Part shown: positions 58,144 to 64,000 of the stretch, piece by piece
Layout of the letters: each line of letters starts with the position of its first letter
How positions within the stretch are numbered: position 1 is the first letter of the stretch
Origin: Hormiphora californensis
Lineage: Eukaryota > Animalia > Ctenophora
NCBI GenBank assembly: GCA_020137815.1
Contig: CM035354.1
Location: 7,750,001-7,814,000, forward strand
Length of the DNA stretch: 64,000 bases
Direction of reading: 5' to 3'
Notes under the pieces: model-generated
Database searches by the model: none
What the model saw: only the letters and a program-made list of their open reading frames with translations
What the model was told of the DNA's origin: nothing
Translations under genes and position numbers: made by a program

Positions 58144-59435
58144 TCAAGATTCAAAGCAGAATGGGACGGGATCAGAGGATCGTGCCAGGCACATAACCTT
58201 GAACCGTGCCCCCATTTGATCGGTACTACACAGGAAATCAACTGCATGAATGACAGCATCCCTCTTTTCCTCTGGAACACTACTATACATCTGTTTAAAC
58301 CTCTCCCCAATACCCATGAGGGTCAGAAAGTCACCCTGAGGTACAGGCCCATATGCAGTAATGTTCTCCCCCACTGATTGGGACAAGTCCCTAAAGTTAA
58401 CATCTGCAGTCAGGTCACACAACCCCAGATCTTCTAATGGGTTAACCTGCTGGTGATCTCTGAATGCCCTGAATGTTAACTCTGATGTTAACTCATTCTC
58501 TCCGTAGTCAATGATCAGAGCCGCTCCCCCACTCTCAGATATTCTCTCACACAGAGTCTGTATGATACGCTGGGACATGGGCGAGTATTCGAACTGGGTA
58601 CCTGCTGCAGCACCTAACAAGTCCTCCCTGTGGTCCAGGGCTATAGCCTTACCAGTCCTGTAGGTAGTGTAATGTAACACATCCTGATCTGGATCACAAT
58701 CCACCATGATCTCTACCCACCCTTTATCAGCTGTCTTCTGGAACTGGTGGACAGGGAGGGCATCAAAGAACTCATTCATTATGTAGATGGATGGAACTGA
58801 CCTGGGTATATGATCTAGAAGAGAATACCACCTGAATTTACATTTGTGTATCCCAGTCCTAGCGAGATATTTCTCTTTCTCAAATATATCAGTAGGCGTT
58901 ACACGGGTCTCTCCCTCCCCACACAATAACTTCTCCTGCTCCCTCACAAACTGTTCAGAGATTTCAACTAGATTAGCAGTTAACTTGGGCTGCCGGCCCA
59001 AAAACGCAGGCCCAATAATCCCCACTGTTTCTATCAGGTCCCTCATGAGGGTTCCCCGACCTGGTCCTAGCTCAGTAAACTGTATGTCTGTTGTGTATTT
59101 GGCCTGTTGCCAATGGAGAAGGGACCACGCGGCGAGAATCTCACCAAAGACAGGCGTCAACTCGGGAGCTGTTATAAAATCACCCTTGTGACCAATCCTG
59201 GCTGCCTGAAGGGGGTCAGTACTGGTAATATATGGAAAAGAAGAAGGGTATCAATCATATTGTTCGGACTACTGCTTGAGTATCTACAAAAGGTCGAGGG
59301 AGAGAGAGAGAGATGAGAGACGAGAGAGACGACGAGAAGAGGGAGGAGAGACGAGAGAGAGATGAGAGAGAGAGGAGAGAGACGAGAGAGAGAGAGAGAG
59401 AGAGGATGAGGAGAGAGATGCAGAGAGAGAGGGAG

Positions 59436-59506
<71 letters not shown>

Positions 59507-59642
59507 CAATGTGTAGTATGAAAGTGTACCTGTGGATAATATCCCTCGGGTTGGTTCCGCTATTACTTCTTGCATCAAGCTCAGCTACACTAACTGGACC
59601 CGTCAACCGAATTCGCCTACAGAAATGCGCCAACATCGACAT
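58144..59642 (-). CDS. NDUFAF7: Mitochondrial protein arginine methyltransferase NDUFAF7 (exon 1 has apparent indels)
   Basis: GDFITAPELTPVFGE, ELGPGRGTLMRD, NEFFDALPVHQF, LIIDYG, DLTADVNF, QMGARFK. Confidence 0.9.
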
Positions 59643-60403
59643 AGCTCGACTGTTAAAATAAAGAACTGTGTGAAAAATATTGAAATATGTACGTTATACT
59701 ACACATACGGGTAGTATTGCTGAAGTTTGTATGGAAAAGTATCCACCATTCCCCAAAATACTAAAATCATAATATTTGCAGCCTAAAAGCTGTTACGAGA
59801 CTTGGTGGGGTGTGTGAAACATAGGCAAACCATCTTAAATACCGTATGTGTGGTGTACTGCATTTTATTACTGCTCTCCTTTTAGCTTACATATATTCTG
59901 AGGTGTGTAGCTTTTCCTTAAAGTTCTATACTACTGCATACTACATTATATGGGCTTTATTTATCCATGTCTCAACTCTCTCCCACTCTCTCTCCTTTTC
60001 TTACCCTCAAAGGGACAGGTATAGAAAAATTGCAACCTATAGTATATTGAGGGGTTGGTAAATAAAAGTCTATGTAATAAAACGCCTGCTATGTATTAAG
60101 CATAAGCCGAATTGAAGCGGTGGCGCAAAGGCAGACTACGTGCTATTTTAGGGGTGTTGGGAACTGGGAAATCTTCTGAAGAGATGACCATGTAGCCCAG
60201 CTAGGATCAGAGAGATCGGGTTTTGGTTGATAGCGAAGTTGTTTCTAAGTCTACACTATCTTGTGCATGAGGATGGAGGAAAACAGCTGCCTAGCTCGAC
60301 CTTCTTTTTGCGAGCTCCGGTTTGAACAAAACAATAAAACAGTTGGTTCACGTAGAAAAGAATAAGTTACTCAAAGTTACAACTCTCTGTTACAAAGTGT
60401 CTC

Positions 60404-60984
60404 TCAGTTACATTCCTCATCTGACAGCCCCTTAAAGTGGTTTTTAGCTATATTCACGTTGAAGGGTAGTGACTGAGGTCTCAGCTCTATGTACCGTTTT
60501 TCCTCAACCGGCGTTTGGTAGTATGTTATCACGTCTTCAATTGTCTGTTGGGAAGAGTGTGTTTAGTAATTGTAGTGTGATATGGCCTATTGGTATTCTA
60601 GCGATATTTTATGTTTGGTTCTCTTACCTGCAGATAGACAAGCTGAGAACTGGGAATATCTCTCCCAAGACCATTGATACATGAGTCCAGGACTTTAAAT
60701 TTAGTTGATAAATCAGGGAACTTAGCACTTTTCCAGCCCTCTTCGCACGCATCAAGGTGTTCAACAGCTAATGGTTTCAGTACATTTTCCACCCTCTCAA
60801 TATCAGGCAGGGAACTCTCGAACCTGTAACATAGTAAAGGGTGAGCCGAGTTTACTGAAGCTTAAATCACTTCGTTATATCTACCCAGTACCCACCATTG
60901 ATTAGTGTGGTCCTGGATCACGCGTGAGAGATGTCTTACTCCAATCGCTCGGCGGAGGCACGTTCGTCCGACCGTTGACAACAT
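60404..60984 (-). CDS. MRPL50: Mitochondrial ribosomal protein L50, 3 exons
   Basis: Presequence MLSTVGRTCLRRAIGVRHLS; DLSTKFKVL...LGRDIPSSQL..LQ|TIEDVITYYQTPV...LPFNV. Confidence 0.7.
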
Positions 60985-61538
60985 TTGTATTGCTAAAGGA
61001 GCATTAATTGGTTTTATAAAGGAGCAATGTGATTGTTTTTGTTACGGTGGGTGGTGGCTGATGGACAATTTAGTGCCCGTGTCGGGTAAATTGGATTTGG
61101 AGAGGGTCAAACTGCCGAAGCCTGGAATGTTTTGGGTAAGAAAATACGAGAAGGGAAGAAAGAGACTGAGGGAGACTGAGAAAGAGAGACCGAGGGAGAA
61201 AGAGAGAGAGAGAGAGTGAGAGTGAGAGAGAAAGAGAGAGAGAGAAAGAGAGAGAGTGAGAGTGAGAGAGAGAAAGAGAGAGAGAGATAGACCAAGCATG
61301 TGTGACTCATACAATCTACATGTCGTTGTCTTGATACAAATCAAGAAATACCAGTTTGGCAGCAAAAAATAACAAATAATAATATTAAAAAACCCTATGA
61401 CGTGTATGATGCAAATTTCATTGTACTTCGCTAAAAATGGATGGCCTTATAATATCTTTAGCTGTGGTGCCTATAACATCCCCCAATAAAACATTGTCTC
61501 CACACTCCATCTGGTGGAAGAATGGAAGATCACGTGTT

Positions 61539-62890
61539 CTAATTCTCATCAATTCGATCCGTCATAACAGCACAGCCGTGGTGTTTAAAATACTGCTTCT
61601 CAATGGGGTCGTTAACAGTCCAAACTAACACAGGTAACGGTTTAACATCCCTAATATAACTCTCACTAACATCATCTTTCCTAGATTCCAGCATATCAAC
61701 CCGTAACCAAGGTACCAGGAAGTAGTAGGCAAGGAAGTCGTATACTCGGTCGAGTGTGAACATTAGTAGTTGTGCTGGGTAGGATCTGTAGCCAGCCAAC
61801 AGGGCCATATTCTGTAAAGAAGGGGTTCTGGGTTAGGGGTGATAATATTCAGATATTTCACAAAACTAGAAATGATACAGAGACAGTGGTTCCTGTTTCA
61901 GAGTTTCCTGTAGTCTGCATTCTGTTTCACCAAATTTATGAGTAATCAAATGTAAACTATAGAATCTAACTATAAGACAAACAGCTCTAACCTGAGCGTG
62001 ATCGTGACGGCGGGTAAACCCAATGACAACATCTGGGTGTTCCTTTCTAACTGTGTACAAGACGTCAGGGAAGAAGGAGATAACAGCAAAGTTTCTATAC
62101 TCCGGGAACCGGTCCATCAGAGATTTTAGAGCAGCAGAGAACTACGGGGGGAGAAAGGGGGTTAGAGAAATCTCGGGGGGTTGGGGTATTCTACTTGTTT
62201 AGCGAAGCGGCCTCCTTTCACGTCAAGCAGTAGGGCAACATCGTGATCAATAGCAAACTGGACAGTCTCATCGAGTGTAGGAACACCACAGTGACCCCTG
62301 AAATAGGAAAATTATTATACGTCTACTTTCAAACCAAGGCATGGGAGTGGTTAAAACATTGGAGCGATGTTATCAAAATCATCATAATATTGTTCCACTT
62401 ACGCTTCCGGGAAGTTCTTGTTTGCATTTAGTTGTTGGATCTCAGCCAGGGATTTATCAGCTGCATACCCGGTACCATTAGTTGTCCTATCTAACGTCTC
62501 GTCATGAAGGACTACATGGGGAGAGACATTGAGAGGGAAATGTAATGTGTTTCTCATTTGATTTTGAATGAAAAAACTCATAAACAAATAGTTTGGCTGT
62601 GGGTTTGTTTCTGATTATGTCACATCCCTACCTATTGGTACATTGTCTGCAGTCAGTTGAATATCTATCTCTATCACCTTCACTCCCCTCTCCACTGCCT
62701 TCCTAAAGGTCCACATAGTATTCTCTGGACCATCTAGTGAACCTCCCCTGTGGGCTATCTCTCGGGCAAACAGCCGCTCCAGTAGTGCGGGAAGGTTGGA
62801 GGGTCTCGGGGTGGAGTTGAGACGGAGTGAGATACCGGTAAAGAGTGCCACGAATATGGCAGTGAAGGCATTGAGAAGGAGGGAAAACAT
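61539..62890 (-). CDS. GDE1: Glycerophosphodiester phosphodiesterase GDE1-like, about 5 exons
   Basis: IAHRGGSLDGPENT, IEIDIQLTAD, HDETLDRTTNG, LLLDVK, ISFFP, WTVND, VMTD. Confidence 0.85.
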
Positions 62891-63357
62891 GCTGTTCCCT
62901 ACTGCTGCAGTGAGATGGTGAGTTGTTTGTAACCAGGGTAGTAACGAAATAACCTCTTCAGAGAGTTTGGAAGGAGTAACTTGGAAAACCAGGGTAGTGG
63001 GGAGGAAAATTGAAACATCTTGTTTTCTATAACAATGTCAATAAATACTACAAACATTACACATCAAAGTATTTTGTATACTGTGATCATCTAGAACTGT
63101 CGATAACAGAGACATATATGTAGCAACACCCAAAAATATCAAAACTTAGGAAAGAAAATAGAGAGATCATGGTTAAAAATCGAAAACAAATATAGACACA
63201 AAATGATCTGTTACACTTGAGTCTCTAAAACACACAGATAACTCAGTTCCACTTTCCCAAATAATACCAACCTAATATCACCAACTAGGCTCCCGAAAAA
63301 CTGTGCCTCAGTCCCAATTATTCCCAATTATTCCCAATTATTCCCAATTATTCCCAA

Positions 63358-64000
63358 TTATTCCCGGTGTTGTTTGTCGAATCGGCGGTAGACCAGGATC
63401 CGAGCATACACGGCAATGATACAATATGTCAGGAGGTAGAATAGTAGGAGGAGGACGAGGGATACTAGAGACACCGCACACAACTGCCAAACTAGCTGAT
63501 GTTCTACCTGAAAGAGAGAGGGGGTATTGTAGCTTTTCAGAGGTATGGGTCCTCCCCCGGCCTCAGACATAATAAACCACCATGTATAGGGTGATGTTAT
63601 ATGGGGGGAATGTAATTGGAGGGGGTTGGGGTGGTTTTAGAAGGTCCAATATTATCACCCATTATGTGTTGAACAATGGACACACACAGTACACGTGCAT
63701 TATTCAGCAGCACTTACTAAGTGGCCCTAGAGAGAGCTGGGGACTACTATCATGGTAAACACTAGTGTATTGTTGAGAGAGTCATGATAATACTTGTCTC
63801 ATATAAGACCGTCCTCTTCGCACCGGGCCGAAGTACAGTCAGTGTCTGACAAAATAATACCTGATGTGAAGGGGGACAGTGTTCCCGGTCTACCCCCGAC
63901 AGGTCCACCACATAGTGCATCTCAACACCAGTCCGACCCCTCACCTCTAGAACCACACGTGGTGATTCCTTATCCCACATTAGTGTCAGTGCTCCTGGAA
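63358..64000 (-). CDS. 3' exons of a membrane-anchored protein, possibly PhoD-type phosphatase
   Basis: |GALTLMWDKESPRVVLEVRGRTG resembles the PhoD C-terminal strand motif (FG.I.IDWD..P...LEVRD..G), followed by a TM helix. Only the end of the gene is visible. Confidence 0.4.

Noticed and set aside
63312-63365. (ATTATTCCCA)n repeat at a stop codon
   Set aside because: Short slippage duplication with no evident function.

Overview
Compact, intron-containing animal genomic DNA. A ctenophore origin is inferred from the intronless LDLa-repeat GPCR, the short introns and the splice acceptors sitting just 5' of start codons; it is not proven. Host genes, mostly on the minus strand and tightly packed: LMF2 (partial), NPRL3, glomulin (intron 1 filled by a 34-bp satellite), two tandem SAM methyltransferases, an LDLa-7TM GPCR, group XV PLA2/LCAT-like, LEO1, MRPS25, REC114, MGM101-like, a serpin, NDUFAF7, MRPL50, GDE1-like and a partial PhoD-like gene. 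The main observation is a 24.4-kb element (25704-50126) with 46-bp perfect TIRs and an AT target duplication. It carries four co-oriented spliced genes: a C2H2 zinc-finger protein, a 104-aa MBD-like protein that the ORF track misses, a SWIM/YqaJ nuclease and a THAP-like/HTH/DDE_Tnp_4 transposase. This reads as a giant ISL2EU/PHIS-type transposon with putative chromatin-reader cargo and an operon-like layout. It is filled with nested elements (an esterase-ORF1 LINE in a (CA)n tract, a foldback, a MULE-type MITE, Helitron-like pieces), all in introns or spacers. All family assignments come from motif recognition by eye; no searches were run.
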